From an uncultured Ectothiorhodospiraceae bacterium (lineage in GTDB: Bacteria > Pseudomonadota > Gammaproteobacteria > UBA9214): a stretch of DNA of 64,000 bases. Made by a program: the position numbers and the translations under genes. Location: contig CAMYMI010000008.1 in the NCBI GenBank assembly GCA_947259415.1, forward strand, positions 4,368 to 68,367. The letters are read 5' to 3'. The notes beneath the pieces were generated by a model that was not told the origin of the DNA, searched no databases, and saw only the letters and a program-made list of their open reading frames with translations. Numbering within the stretch: position 1 is the first letter of the stretch; every line of letters starts with the position of its first letter. Below are positions 47,699 to 56,810 of this stretch, in pieces.

Positions 47699-48946
47699 AT
47701 GGAACAGCTAAATGAGGCCGCCCGTGATGCACTTACTGTTGCCCTATCACGATATCCAAAGACTCAACTAGCTGAAGAATTATCAATCACAACCAAAACC
47801 CTGGATAGCTGGCTCAACAAGAACATCCCGAGTCCCGGTCTGGTTTATCACGCTGTCCATGGTTTTCTTGAATCCCGGAAGCGCATTGCAGGAAAAAGTG
47901 ACGCTCCCTTCAAGTTTATCGATCTATTCGCGGGTATCGGCGGGATTCGTCTTGGCTTCGAGGCGCACGGTGGTAAATGCCTCTTTACCAGTGAATGGGA
48001 CAAGTTCTCTATTCAGACCTACCGAGAGAATTTCAAGGAAGATGAGCATGCGATTCACGGTGACATAAGAGAAATCACAATAGATTCTGACAGAATCAGA
48101 GAAATGATTCCGGATCATGATGTCTTGCTTGCAGGATTTCCCTGTCAGCCTTTTTCAATTGCCGGTGTGTCAAAAAAGAATTCCCTTGGCAGGGCGCATG
48201 GCTTTGAATGCAAGACTCAAGGGACACTGTTCTATGAAATTGCAAAGATTATTGATGAAAAACAGCCGGGTGCTTTCCTGCTCGAGAATGTCAAAAACCT
48301 GAAGAGCCATGACAAGGGCAGGACTTACCAGACTATCCTTGACGTCCTGCGCAATGATCTTGGTTACTACGTACCCGAGCCCAGAGTAATAGATGGCAAG
48401 CATTTTGTGCCGCAGCACCGGGAAAGACTCATAATTGCCGGTTTCCGCAGGCCAGTAGCATTTGACTGGAATGATCTTGAGCTGCCAGATCTGGATTCTG
48501 CGCCAAGGCTGGGATCAATATTTCAGCAGGAAAGTGAAGTCGACAAGAAATATATTCTGACCAAAAATCTCTGGGACTATCTCCAAAACTATGCGCGCAA
48601 GCACAAGGCGAAGGGGAATGGTTTTGGTTTCGGCAAGGTTGGTCCCGATGATGTCGCCAGAACCCTCTCAGCTAGATACTACAAGGATGGTTCCGAGATA
48701 CTGGTCAAGAGAGGAAAGACCGGTAACGCAAGGCCAAGGCGCTTAACCCCGAGGGAATGCGCAAGACTGATGGGGTTTCCTGATTCCTTCGATATTCCGG
48801 TCTCGGACACCCAGGCCTACAAGCAGTTTGGTAACTCTGTAGTTGTTCCAGTGATTGAAGAGGTTGCCAGGATCATGTATCCGCACATCATGATACTCAA
48901 GCAGGAACAGGAGCTTGGCGAAGACCAGTACGCAATGGTTGTCTGA
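47699..48946 (+). CDS. dcm: DNA (cytosine-5) methyltransferase, Dcm/M.EcoRII-like, with N-terminal HTH
   Basis: [54 protein letters not shown]-terminal [18 protein letters not shown] helix-turn-helix. Confidence 0.95.
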   Translation: MEQLNEAARDALTVALSRYPKTQLAEELSITTKTLDSWLNKNIPSPGLVYHAVHGFLESRKRIAGKSDAPFKFIDLFAGIGGIRLGFEAHGGKCLFTSEWDKFSIQTYRENFKEDEHAIHGDIREITIDSDRIREMIPDHDVLLAGFPCQPFSIAGVSKKNSLGRAHGFECKTQGTLFYEIAKIIDEKQPGAFLLENVKNLKSHDKGRTYQTILDVLRNDLGYYVPEPRVIDGKHFVPQHRERLIIAGFRRPVAFDWNDLELPDLDSAPRLGSIFQQESEVDKKYILTKNLWDYLQNYARKHKAKGNGFGFGKVGPDDVARTLSARYYKDGSEILVKRGKTGNARPRRLTPRECARLMGFPDSFDIPVSDTQAYKQFGNSVVVPVIEEVARIMYPHIMILKQEQELGEDQYAMVV

Positions 48947-49422
48947 TGGTTGATGTAGTTGATCCGGTGACCCGCAGCCGGATGATGTCCGGCATCCGTA
49001 GTAAAAATACAAGACCCGAGATTCTGATACGAAAAGGCCTGCATGCCAGGGGCTTTCGCTTTCGCCTGCATGACAAACGCCTCCCCGGAAAGCCGGATAT
49101 GGTTTTTCCAAAGTACGGCGCCGTAATCTTTATTCATGGCTGTTTTTGGCACGGCCATGACTGCCATTTGTTCAAGTTGCCGAAAACCCGCCGTGCTTTC
49201 TGGCATAAAAAGATTTCTCGTAATCAGGAAAAGGATGCGGAAAGTTATGCCAGTCTGAGAAAAGAAGGATGGTACATACTGACTATATGGGAGTGCGCCC
49301 TGAAGGGCAGAACGAGACGTCCTTTGGGGGAGGTTTTGGACTTGGTGGCCGACTGGCTTGTATATGAGTTACGTAATCGACAGATCAGTGGCATAAAGCG
49401 CAGGAATGTACAGCAGAAATGA
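48946..49422 (+). CDS. vsr: Very short patch repair endonuclease
   Basis: RSRMMS.IRSKNTRPE, LPGKPD, FIHGCFWHGH, IWEC. Confidence 0.95.
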   Translation: MVDVVDPVTRSRMMSGIRSKNTRPEILIRKGLHARGFRFRLHDKRLPGKPDMVFPKYGAVIFIHGCFWHGHDCHLFKLPKTRRAFWHKKISRNQEKDAESYASLRKEGWYILTIWECALKGRTRRPLGEVLDLVADWLVYELRNRQISGIKRRNVQQK

Positions 49423-50642
49423 AAAGGGGATTTCTATCAGAATATTTCGAGGGCGTAGCAGTCAAGCGCCTGAGTGCTGTCGAAGCAGACCCGGTGTCTT
49501 CAAACCAGCACGAGTTCAATGGTGTTGGCTCCATGAGGAAAATGCTCGGATCCGGGCGCCAGACATTTACCGCCCGGTTCGCCTATCTGGGCGAGGACGA
49601 GGACGATACCTCCTCTGCAGAGGGTTTCCTGACGTGGTATGACGCGCGTGAAGCACATCCGACCAGATCCGAATACCGCCTGTATTTCCCTTCCACTGCT
49701 GTGTCGGAACGTGCAGCGGAAGGCGATCTCATGGTTATCGGCAAACGTCAGGATGGTACTCTCCAGGTAATTATCGCCATGGCTGGCAGTACAGCCGAGA
49801 ACCAGTTGAGTTGGCTGTTTGGTGTACCGGTACAGATTGAGACAAGATTTGAGATTCGCGCATTCAAGGATGACACTGATGTTGAGGTGAATTTTGCTGC
49901 AAGATTCATCCTCGAGGAGCTGGGAGTAGAAATTGAAGAAGCTGATACGGACAGGCTGAACGGCCTGATTGAAAAATTCCACGGAGTGTTTCCGAGTACG
50001 GCAATCTTTTCTGCGTATGCGCGCGACACCTTGCCGGAGGTTGATCCCCGGGAAGATCCGGATGCGGCGCTACTGGCCTGGATGGAACAAGAGGAGAAAC
50101 TGTTTCGGAGACTTGAAAACCAGATTGTGTCCGAGCGCCTTAAGCAGGGATTCAGGGTAGAAGACAGTGCAGATGTGGATGCTTTTATCAGTTATTCGCT
50201 CAGTGTGCAGAACAGACGCAAGTCGCGTGCTGGTTATGCACTGGAACATCACCTTGATGAAATTTTCCGGGAAAATAATGTGCAATATGCACGCCAGGCT
50301 GTTACAGAAAACAACGCAAAACCGGATTTTCTTTTTCCGGGGGAAGCCGAGTATCACGATGAAAATTATTCGCCTGACAAGCTGTCAATGCTGGGTGTGA
50401 AGACCACCTGCAAGGATCGGTGGCGGCAGGTATTATCTGAGGCGAAAAGGATAAAACAAAAACATCTGTTTACTCTGGAGCCTGCCATCAGTGCTAACCA
50501 GACGTCCGAGATGGATGCACATCATGTCCGTCTGGTACTGCCTGCAGGGCTGCACAGCACCTACTCTGCGGAACAGCAAGGGAAGCTGTCTGATTTGCAG
50601 TACTTTATTGGCGTTGTGAAGGAGCGCCAGAGTCTCGTGTGA
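49419..50642 (+). CDS. Type II restriction endonuclease, EcoRII-like
   Basis: N-terminal KRLS.VE...SNQHE and R.EYRL. C-terminal NRRKSRAG..LE.H, KPDFLFPG, KTTCKDRWRQV..EA (EcoRII-C motifs). Confidence 0.88.
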   Translation: MKRGFLSEYFEGVAVKRLSAVEADPVSSNQHEFNGVGSMRKMLGSGRQTFTARFAYLGEDEDDTSSAEGFLTWYDAREAHPTRSEYRLYFPSTAVSERAAEGDLMVIGKRQDGTLQVIIAMAGSTAENQLSWLFGVPVQIETRFEIRAFKDDTDVEVNFAARFILEELGVEIEEADTDRLNGLIEKFHGVFPSTAIFSAYARDTLPEVDPREDPDAALLAWMEQEEKLFRRLENQIVSERLKQGFRVEDSADVDAFISYSLSVQNRRKSRAGYALEHHLDEIFRENNVQYARQAVTENNAKPDFLFPGEAEYHDENYSPDKLSMLGVKTTCKDRWRQVLSEAKRIKQKHLFTLEPAISANQTSEMDAHHVRLVLPAGLHSTYSAEQQGKLSDLQYFIGVVKERQSLV

Positions 50643-50671
50643 GCCTGTTTCCTTTCAGACTGATGAGTGCT

Positions 50672-51400
50672 TCATGGGCCTGGTTGCCCTGAAAGAAAGC
50701 TGCTGTACTCCACAGGCAACATATTAATGATCTCGTCCCGTGGCAGGGTATACAGGTCGTAGGTCAATTCCAGCTGCTGTAAATAACTTATAAAGCGCCG
50801 GATGTTACCTTTCCTTTTCTGGGAAGTAGAACCGACCTTGAACGTGTTCCGCGCAGGATCACTGTAAAGCCGGCTGGCTGTCTCGATAATTCCCTTGCAG
50901 CCAATAAAGAACTGGCGTGCGGCAATCTGTTCCAGTAATTCACCACGCTCATTCGGACCCTTGCTGAGTAGAAAATGTGCAGTATTGCCGTATTCGCTTA
51001 CCAGCTGCCAGGTTGTTCTGAGCGCGTGCCTTGGCCTGTGGTTGTAGTTCGGGCTGAGGATGTAGTTATACGGTTTGCTGGGCTTGCGGGTGCCATCAGT
51101 CCTTGCCGGGCAGAGCTGGTTAAACCATAACAGCGCAAGCCAGCTCCACAGGCCTGTATCCGAGATAATGTCCTGGTGATTGATGTCGTGAAACAGCTGT
51201 TCAAGATATTCTCCCATTTCATACCGGGTCGCGAAGGTTTTATCCTCAACTTCGATGGTGAATTCCACAGGCTCCGACCAGTCATCATCGCTCAGTATCG
51301 CAATGGGTGGATCACTTTTCTCGCCACCAGCTATCCGGCCGATGTAATCCTGAAAAAACTTCATTCCGCGCTCATTGAGTCTTCTGATTCGGGTACTCAT
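50672..51400 (-). CDS. Hypothetical protein (fourth gene of the GHKL operon)
   Basis: 242 aa, ATGA-coupled to the upstream gene, contains GLWSWLAL..F.QLC. No family recognised. Confidence 0.8.
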   Translation of the reverse strand: MSTRIRRLNERGMKFFQDYIGRIAGGEKSDPPIAILSDDDWSEPVEFTIEVEDKTFATRYEMGEYLEQLFHDINHQDIISDTGLWSWLALLWFNQLCPARTDGTRKPSKPYNYILSPNYNHRPRHALRTTWQLVSEYGNTAHFLLSKGPNERGELLEQIAARQFFIGCKGIIETASRLYSDPARNTFKVGSTSQKRKGNIRRFISYLQQLELTYDLYTLPRDEIINMLPVEYSSFLSGQPGP

Positions 51401-52164
51401 AGTCCGGCGTCCTCCATACGTGTCACCAGCAACTCGCACAGTTCATGTCGTCTGCAGAATTCTGTGACCACACCATCAATCCAGTCATTCAGTTCGAAAG
51501 GATCGGCCGAGTCCGGCTTGTCTTCAGGCGAGATGAAGCTTGCAAAATCGATCCATGGCTTGTGCCAGGAATCCTCGTCAGCATCTTCCTCGGCTATATT
51601 CAGGAAGATAAACAGCAATGTCTCGCGCAGGGCAGCAGGCAGTATCAGGCCCTGGAAGAGCGGGTTATTCATCAGCTGCCCCTTGGCTTCAGGGATGCGG
51701 TTATTGATACAGAGAACGGGCTTGCTGTCCGGTATGAAGCTCATTTTCCAGGTCAGATCACCGAGGTCCGTACTCTTGAACGTCATCAACGATGCGCGAC
51801 TTTCCTCTTCCTCGTCTTCTTTGGGTCGCAGACGTTCTGCACTTGCTACCAGCCTGCCGATTCTTTCGGACTTGTCGACCACCTTGACCCGGAACAGGAT
51901 CGGACCTGACAGATCAAGCTGGTCCAGGGTTCGGTCCTCAGGCGGAATCGGTGATCCGGCTGTTCCGAAATGAAAGCGTTGTGAAGTGTTCTTGTGATAA
52001 GCCTCGACATACAGTGCAGCATCTGCAGACAGCTTGCTCGAATCCAGTCTGAAGCTTGCATCAAAGGAGGGCGGGGCATGCGGGTGCTCGTTCAGGGTGA
52101 TCTGTACTTCTGTGCGCTTGATCTTTTTACGCCCGGTATGATTGATATGTCTGGAAGTCTTCAT
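51397..52164 (-). CDS. Hypothetical protein (third gene of the GHKL operon)
   Basis: 255 aa, ATGA-coupled on both sides, beta-rich N-terminal half. No family recognised. Confidence 0.8.
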   Translation of the reverse strand: MKTSRHINHTGRKKIKRTEVQITLNEHPHAPPSFDASFRLDSSKLSADAALYVEAYHKNTSQRFHFGTAGSPIPPEDRTLDQLDLSGPILFRVKVVDKSERIGRLVASAERLRPKEDEEEESRASLMTFKSTDLGDLTWKMSFIPDSKPVLCINNRIPEAKGQLMNNPLFQGLILPAALRETLLFIFLNIAEEDADEDSWHKPWIDFASFISPEDKPDSADPFELNDWIDGVVTEFCRRHELCELLVTRMEDAGL

Positions 52165-54014
52165 TCGCTCGCCTCCAGTGTCTGCAGATCGACCTTGAGA
52201 TCACGGTTGTGATCAAATCCGGTCACCTCGATACGGAAATCAGGCTCATTGATATTAAACTCAAGGATGTTCGCCTTCCGGTCCACCAGCATGGCCTTTG
52301 GTGAATCGGTACGAATGGATAACTCGCCCGTTCGATTGAAGTCAAAATCAAAGGGATTGTATTTCTTGAACGGATTGCCAGACATAATGTCGTAGGCAAC
52401 GCGCACCCGGCACCGAACCGGATACAGATCTGGGCTGGCATCATTACCCGGCAATACTGCAAACCCGCCCTTGATGGGTGTAATTCTGGCAGGTTTCAGC
52501 TTGGGCTCCGGTATCGGAGGAATATCCGGCGGTGTCTTTCCTCTCCTGCCTTTCTTGTGAGGCTGGTCCGGCAGTTCCGTCCAGAAAAACTCCATCAGCG
52601 CCTGTTCATCCTCTTCCTCGATGGATTGAGCGAGCAAGTCATAAAGGTTGACCACCGAGTTGCGGATGACCTTCAGCTTTGGCTGCGGATTGACATAATT
52701 TTTGCGCAGCTTCTCTGCCTGGGTGTTCCAGCGGGTATGGGCGGCATTTTCGGCATCGCCCAGGAAGGCTGCGATGGGCTCTTCTTCCGCAATCATGGCG
52801 CCAAGTGCCTTACGCTCCCGGAACTTGGCTTCTCCCGGCAGAGTCAGTCCGCCGCGGACATACATATCGTGGCCTTTCGTGAGTTCCTCGGGGCGTTTCA
52901 CATAAACCGAGAAACCAGACTCAATAACTTCCTTGTTCTTGCGTTTGATCGTAAGGGGCAGATACACGCCCACCATTTCCTTGTTTGCAAACCGTTCTCG
53001 CAGATTTTCCAGGTCTTCCGGCTCGATGTCATCCTCATCGAGCTTGCTGTCATCTGCCCAGCTCTTCTTGAGAATGAGCAGATCGGATTCCGGTGTATTG
53101 TTCATCTCGCCAATAAAGTCAAACAACTGGTCAATGTCAGATATCTTGCCGGTGGCGTACCGATTGGCGAGCTCGCGGATATTGCCGGAATTGATTTCGA
53201 TATCATCAAAGTTCAGTACCAGCTGACCGGTAATGATTGGGTAGAAGTAGTTGACGATACCGACGGCAATCATGTTTTCGAGATCCAGTTCCGGGTTCGG
53301 AAACGGGACAGCGATGGAGAGCCCGGTCTGGTCACGTCTTTCCAGGCCAAAGTTATTGCAGAACGCAGCGGTAACATCACCGCCCCGCACCGGAACCTGG
53401 ATCTGGTTGTTCGGATCCTCGCCTGCCAGCTCGGAAAAGAAAGCGTGTGCCGGATATTCGACGCCACCATATTTGTGGAATCCTAGTACGGTCTGTCCCA
53501 TCAGGTACGGGTCAGGGTCTCCAGACCGGACAGTCACGCCAAAAAAGGAACTCAACAGCGAAGAGCTGGAATAAACAAGCTTACCAAGTCCCCAGCGCCC
53601 CCGGCTGCGACCGGTCTTGTGGGAACGGCCATGGCGCCGCCAGAAGTCAGTGAAATTGTCATCATCCTTTTGCTCGACAGAGCCGGTCAGTCCGCGGGTG
53701 CCGAAGTCCTCAATGATCAGAGCGGAGGGGTTGTTAAAGTCAAGCTCGTTGAGTTCAATCCCGGCCGAGGCGGCATGTTCAAGATGACCCTCGAAAAGTT
53801 GTCGCATATAACCGTTGTGTAACCCGCTGCAGCCATTGACCCAGCGAAATTTAACCCGGACCTGGTCTTCACCTATAGCGGCATCAAGCGAATTCTGGAC
53901 CGCTTCCCGCACAATGGTATCGGAGAGGTCAACCTCGTCATTGCGGAACTGATCCCGCTGGGTAACCTCGGTTTCAACCAGATTCTGTGGTTGGGGGACA
54001 AAATGCCATTTCAT
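52161..54014 (-). CDS. GHKL (HATPase/MORC-like) ATPase domain protein
   Basis: Bergerat motifs REAVQNSLDA (I), IEDFGTRGL (II), GRWGLGK (III), TGLSI (IV). AAGGA RBS. Confidence 0.8.
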   Translation of the reverse strand: MKWHFVPQPQNLVETEVTQRDQFRNDEVDLSDTIVREAVQNSLDAAIGEDQVRVKFRWVNGCSGLHNGYMRQLFEGHLEHAASAGIELNELDFNNPSALIIEDFGTRGLTGSVEQKDDDNFTDFWRRHGRSHKTGRSRGRWGLGKLVYSSSSLLSSFFGVTVRSGDPDPYLMGQTVLGFHKYGGVEYPAHAFFSELAGEDPNNQIQVPVRGGDVTAAFCNNFGLERRDQTGLSIAVPFPNPELDLENMIAVGIVNYFYPIITGQLVLNFDDIEINSGNIRELANRYATGKISDIDQLFDFIGEMNNTPESDLLILKKSWADDSKLDEDDIEPEDLENLRERFANKEMVGVYLPLTIKRKNKEVIESGFSVYVKRPEELTKGHDMYVRGGLTLPGEAKFRERKALGAMIAEEEPIAAFLGDAENAAHTRWNTQAEKLRKNYVNPQPKLKVIRNSVVNLYDLLAQSIEEEDEQALMEFFWTELPDQPHKKGRRGKTPPDIPPIPEPKLKPARITPIKGGFAVLPGNDASPDLYPVRCRVRVAYDIMSGNPFKKYNPFDFDFNRTGELSIRTDSPKAMLVDRKANILEFNINEPDFRIEVTGFDHNRDLKVDLQTLEASE

Positions 54015-54043
54015 TGATCAGATTCCTTCTATCTGTTTCCGTA

Positions 54044-54271
54044 TCAGTCGAGTGTGAAGGAGGGGTTATCCGTACCTTTACCGTTTTCAAAGCGCGCACG
54101 TGCGCTCTTCAGCTCACGTTCTAGTGTCCTAAAAATCTTGTTCACATCCTCGTCGGTGTAGGAGTAGTTACTCCTGTTCGAGAGGTTGCCGATCAGGCGC
54201 AGGGTTTTGATTGCGTTGTTGACCCGTTTTTCCGCCAGACGCACAAAATTATCCCGGCTGGATTCACTCAT
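54044..54271 (-). CDS. Small helical hypothetical protein (first gene of the GHKL operon)
   Basis: 75 aa, F.RLAEKRVN.....LRLIGNLSN..NY.YT.EDV.KIF. Co-oriented 30 bp upstream of the GHKL gene. Confidence 0.8.
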   Translation of the reverse strand: MSESSRDNFVRLAEKRVNNAIKTLRLIGNLSNRSNYSYTDEDVNKIFRTLERELKSARARFENGKGTDNPSFTLD

Positions 54272-54587
54272 AAGTCTATCCGTATATCAATGAACTAGTA
54301 GAAAGTTAGCATATACAATTATATATTGCAAATGTACGAAACATTACAAGCATATAAGGCGTATATGTTCCTTTTATATGAAATATGATGCGTATTAAAG
54401 GTTGCAGTTCGATATATTTGTTGGCTTGGGTCTGTTTTTTATATCGGGTGCTGATGTGTAAAGTGCAGCAAGTTACTGCAGAGCTTGTTGTTTTTTGCTC
54501 CAGCAGCGACAATCCCGTTTCAACCGGACCAAGAAAGGACGGAAATATTAATGAGAAATTCAACAAGAGTTCCGTCAATGAGGAAAC

Positions 54588-54632
54588 AGGGGGCAGATTT
54601 ATTTCTGTGATGAACAAATAAATCTGTCCCCT
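54588..54632. repeat. GGGG(A/G)CAGATTTATTT hairpin repeat
   Basis: Same arms as 30073-30133. Lies at the truncation point of the third mazG-like copy. Confidence 0.8.
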
Positions 54633-54641
54633 TTATTTTCT

Positions 54642-54887
54642 GAACTGGTCGAACACTTCCAGTGGCTGACCGAAGAACAGAGCCATACTCTGCCACCCGA
54701 CAAACTCGCCGAGGTGGAACAGGAAATCGCCGATATCCAGATCTACCTCATCCGCATGGCTGACAAACTCGGCATCGACATGGAGCGGGCCGTCAATGCC
54801 AAGATGGAACTGAACGAGAAGAAGTATCCGGCCGTGAAGGTCAGGGGCAGGGCGGAGAAGTACAATGAATGTAATGATGGGTGCTAA
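54642..54887 (+). pseudogene. 5'-truncated third copy of the MazG-like pyrophosphatase
   Basis: ELVEHFQWLTEEQS...KYNECNDGC*, nearly identical to the 3' half of 47080-47489 but without the insertion or frameshift. No start codon. Confidence 0.88.
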
Positions 54888-54974
54888 ATTAAACTCTGAA
54901 TAAAGGATAAATATCAACCAGCGGTCAAGGAAGGTCGATCATATCGGGGAAACTGTCGATCTTCTGCAAGGAAG

Positions 54975-56810
54975 CTAAGCTGGTCCTGCAACGCGATGAA
55001 CCCCGGCCGGCGCGAGAAGGCTCTCTATCCAGGCGACTGGGCCTCCTCGGTTGGTGCAGAGCGTAAAAAATGCCCGTTGTTCTGCTCGTGTAAAAGCGAC
55101 AAAAAATGAATTGAGTTCTTCAATTCTATTGGGTGTCAGGCTCCACCATGTCTGGTTATCAAGCCCGTAGAAAATCATCGTATGAAACTCAAGTCCCTTG
55201 CTCTTGTGAATGGTCATCAGAGCAACTTGATCAAGTCCTTCAAACTGATCGATAGCATCCGCCCAGCTTGCTGCATCATCTGCAGTTTCAGCGAGAAGAT
55301 CGGCGAACCCTGTCCACACCCGGTCAAAATCCTGCTGGCGCCGGTACCCCGGGAAGGCCCGTCTCAAAATGGAAGTACCGATAAAATCAAGCGCACGTCT
55401 CGCAATTGTCCGTGCTGCGTCATTATCTGGTTCAAGGGTATTCATTTCAGTGCGCAGTTCGCGAATAAATGTCTGTAAACGCTGCTGCAAACGCTGCTGG
55501 CCTACCTCATCGTGAGGATAGATCCCTTCAAGAAATTGCAGGTTTCGCTGCGCGCTGTTCCATGAAATGGGATTCTTAATGGTCGCACCAAGCCGAAGAA
55601 GGGGAAGAAGAATCGCTGTCAGCTCTTCGCCTAAAAGATCCTGAATAGCAATGTTACCAATATTTCGCGCAACATTGCGCAGTTTCACATCATGCTGAGT
55701 CAGGGATGCTGCGAGTACCTGTTCCACATCATTGGCATGCATGCGAACGAGTATCGCGATTTCATGCGGGTCAATACCGTTGTCAATTTCTCCGGCGATC
55801 CATGCGGCGAGGCCATCCGCTTCATTTTCATTGCTTTCATATTGCCAGATCGCTGCGACATCGCCGTCCACATTGCGGTCAGCACGTGCCTCCGCTTGCT
55901 CGGCCTGCGGGTCGATACGCTTCGCTATAACGTGTTGGATGCGGACTAGATCCTCGTGCGATCGCCAGTTCGATACAAGCGGAATTCGTCTTGCATCGAA
56001 ATCGGCTTCAAATCGTGCGAATGCATCGGGCATTGCGCCAGCCCAACCCATGATGCGCTGCTTGTCATCACCCACGGCAGTAAAGATCGCGCTGCTGCCA
56101 TCAAAGGCGGTGTGAAGGAGATCGAACTGCGCGTAGGTCGTGTCCTGGAATTCATCGAGAAAGACGAATGGATAAGTTGCCTGTAGAGCGCGGCGAATAT
56201 CGGGATTCTCGCGCAGCAGCCAGTCCACTAGACGATTGATCATGGGAAAGGACAGAAATACCTCGTCTTTTTCGGTGTACTGCGCGTGCCAGTAGGCCCG
56301 TAATGCGTTTTCCACTCCATCAGCTAGCGGGAGACGGGTGCGTGCAACATTCCGCTCTAGTGTGGCTATATTTACGCCGTGGTAGTTGTGGCTGGTCAGG
56401 AAATGCTGTAACTGCTGCCGAGTGGGGAAATCGATCCTATAGTTTGGCGGTGGCGAAAAAGGCGCGGGAATTGCTGCCCGGAAACGATCAACGAAGCCCT
56501 TTGTAAACGCATCAAAGGTCATCGAATCAAAGCGGCCCGCCTGCTCGGGCGGGCATCGCTTTTCAACACGCTCGGCGAGATTCCGTGCTGCGTCCCGCTT
56601 GAAACTAATGGCAAGGATCCGCTTCGGGGCTGGGCATATCCCAGTCTGCAGAAGATAGGTTCCCTTCTGAGCAAGGAACTCTGTCTTGCCGGCCCCGGCA
56701 CCGGCCGTCACGCAGACGCTGCGACCGTTCTCCTGTAGCGCTTCCCAGGCGCGCGGCTCAAGGTCGTCAACGCCCTGCGGTCGCCACGAATCTGGCGGCA
56801 CAAGTTTCAT
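54975..56810 (-). CDS. UvrD/Rep-family SF1 helicase (GajB-like)
   Basis: AGAGAGKT, DEFQD, VGDDKQRI, NWRS, MTIHKSKGLEF, VAFTRA. ATGA-coupled to the OLD nuclease. Confidence 0.9.
   Translation of the reverse strand: MKLVPPDSWRPQGVDDLEPRAWEALQENGRSVCVTAGAGAGKTEFLAQKGTYLLQTGICPAPKRILAISFKRDAARNLAERVEKRCPPEQAGRFDSMTFDAFTKGFVDRFRAAIPAPFSPPPNYRIDFPTRQQLQHFLTSHNYHGVNIATLERNVARTRLPLADGVENALRAYWHAQYTEKDEVFLSFPMINRLVDWLLRENPDIRRALQATYPFVFLDEFQDTTYAQFDLLHTAFDGSSAIFTAVGDDKQRIMGWAGAMPDAFARFEADFDARRIPLVSNWRSHEDLVRIQHVIAKRIDPQAEQAEARADRNVDGDVAAIWQYESNENEADGLAAWIAGEIDNGIDPHEIAILVRMHANDVEQVLAASLTQHDVKLRNVARNIGNIAIQDLLGEELTAILLPLLRLGATIKNPISWNSAQRNLQFLEGIYPHDEVGQQRLQQRLQTFIRELRTEMNTLEPDNDAARTIARRALDFIGTSILRRAFPGYRRQQDFDRVWTGFADLLAETADDAASWADAIDQFEGLDQVALMTIHKSKGLEFHTMIFYGLDNQTWWSLTPNRIEELNSFFVAFTRAEQRAFFTLCTNRGGPVAWIESLLAPAGVHRVAGPA

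Noticed and set aside
54272-54587. ORFs 54306-54617 and 54385-54621 in the AT-rich spacer
   Set aside because: No RBS or motifs. More likely the promoter region of the GHKL operon.
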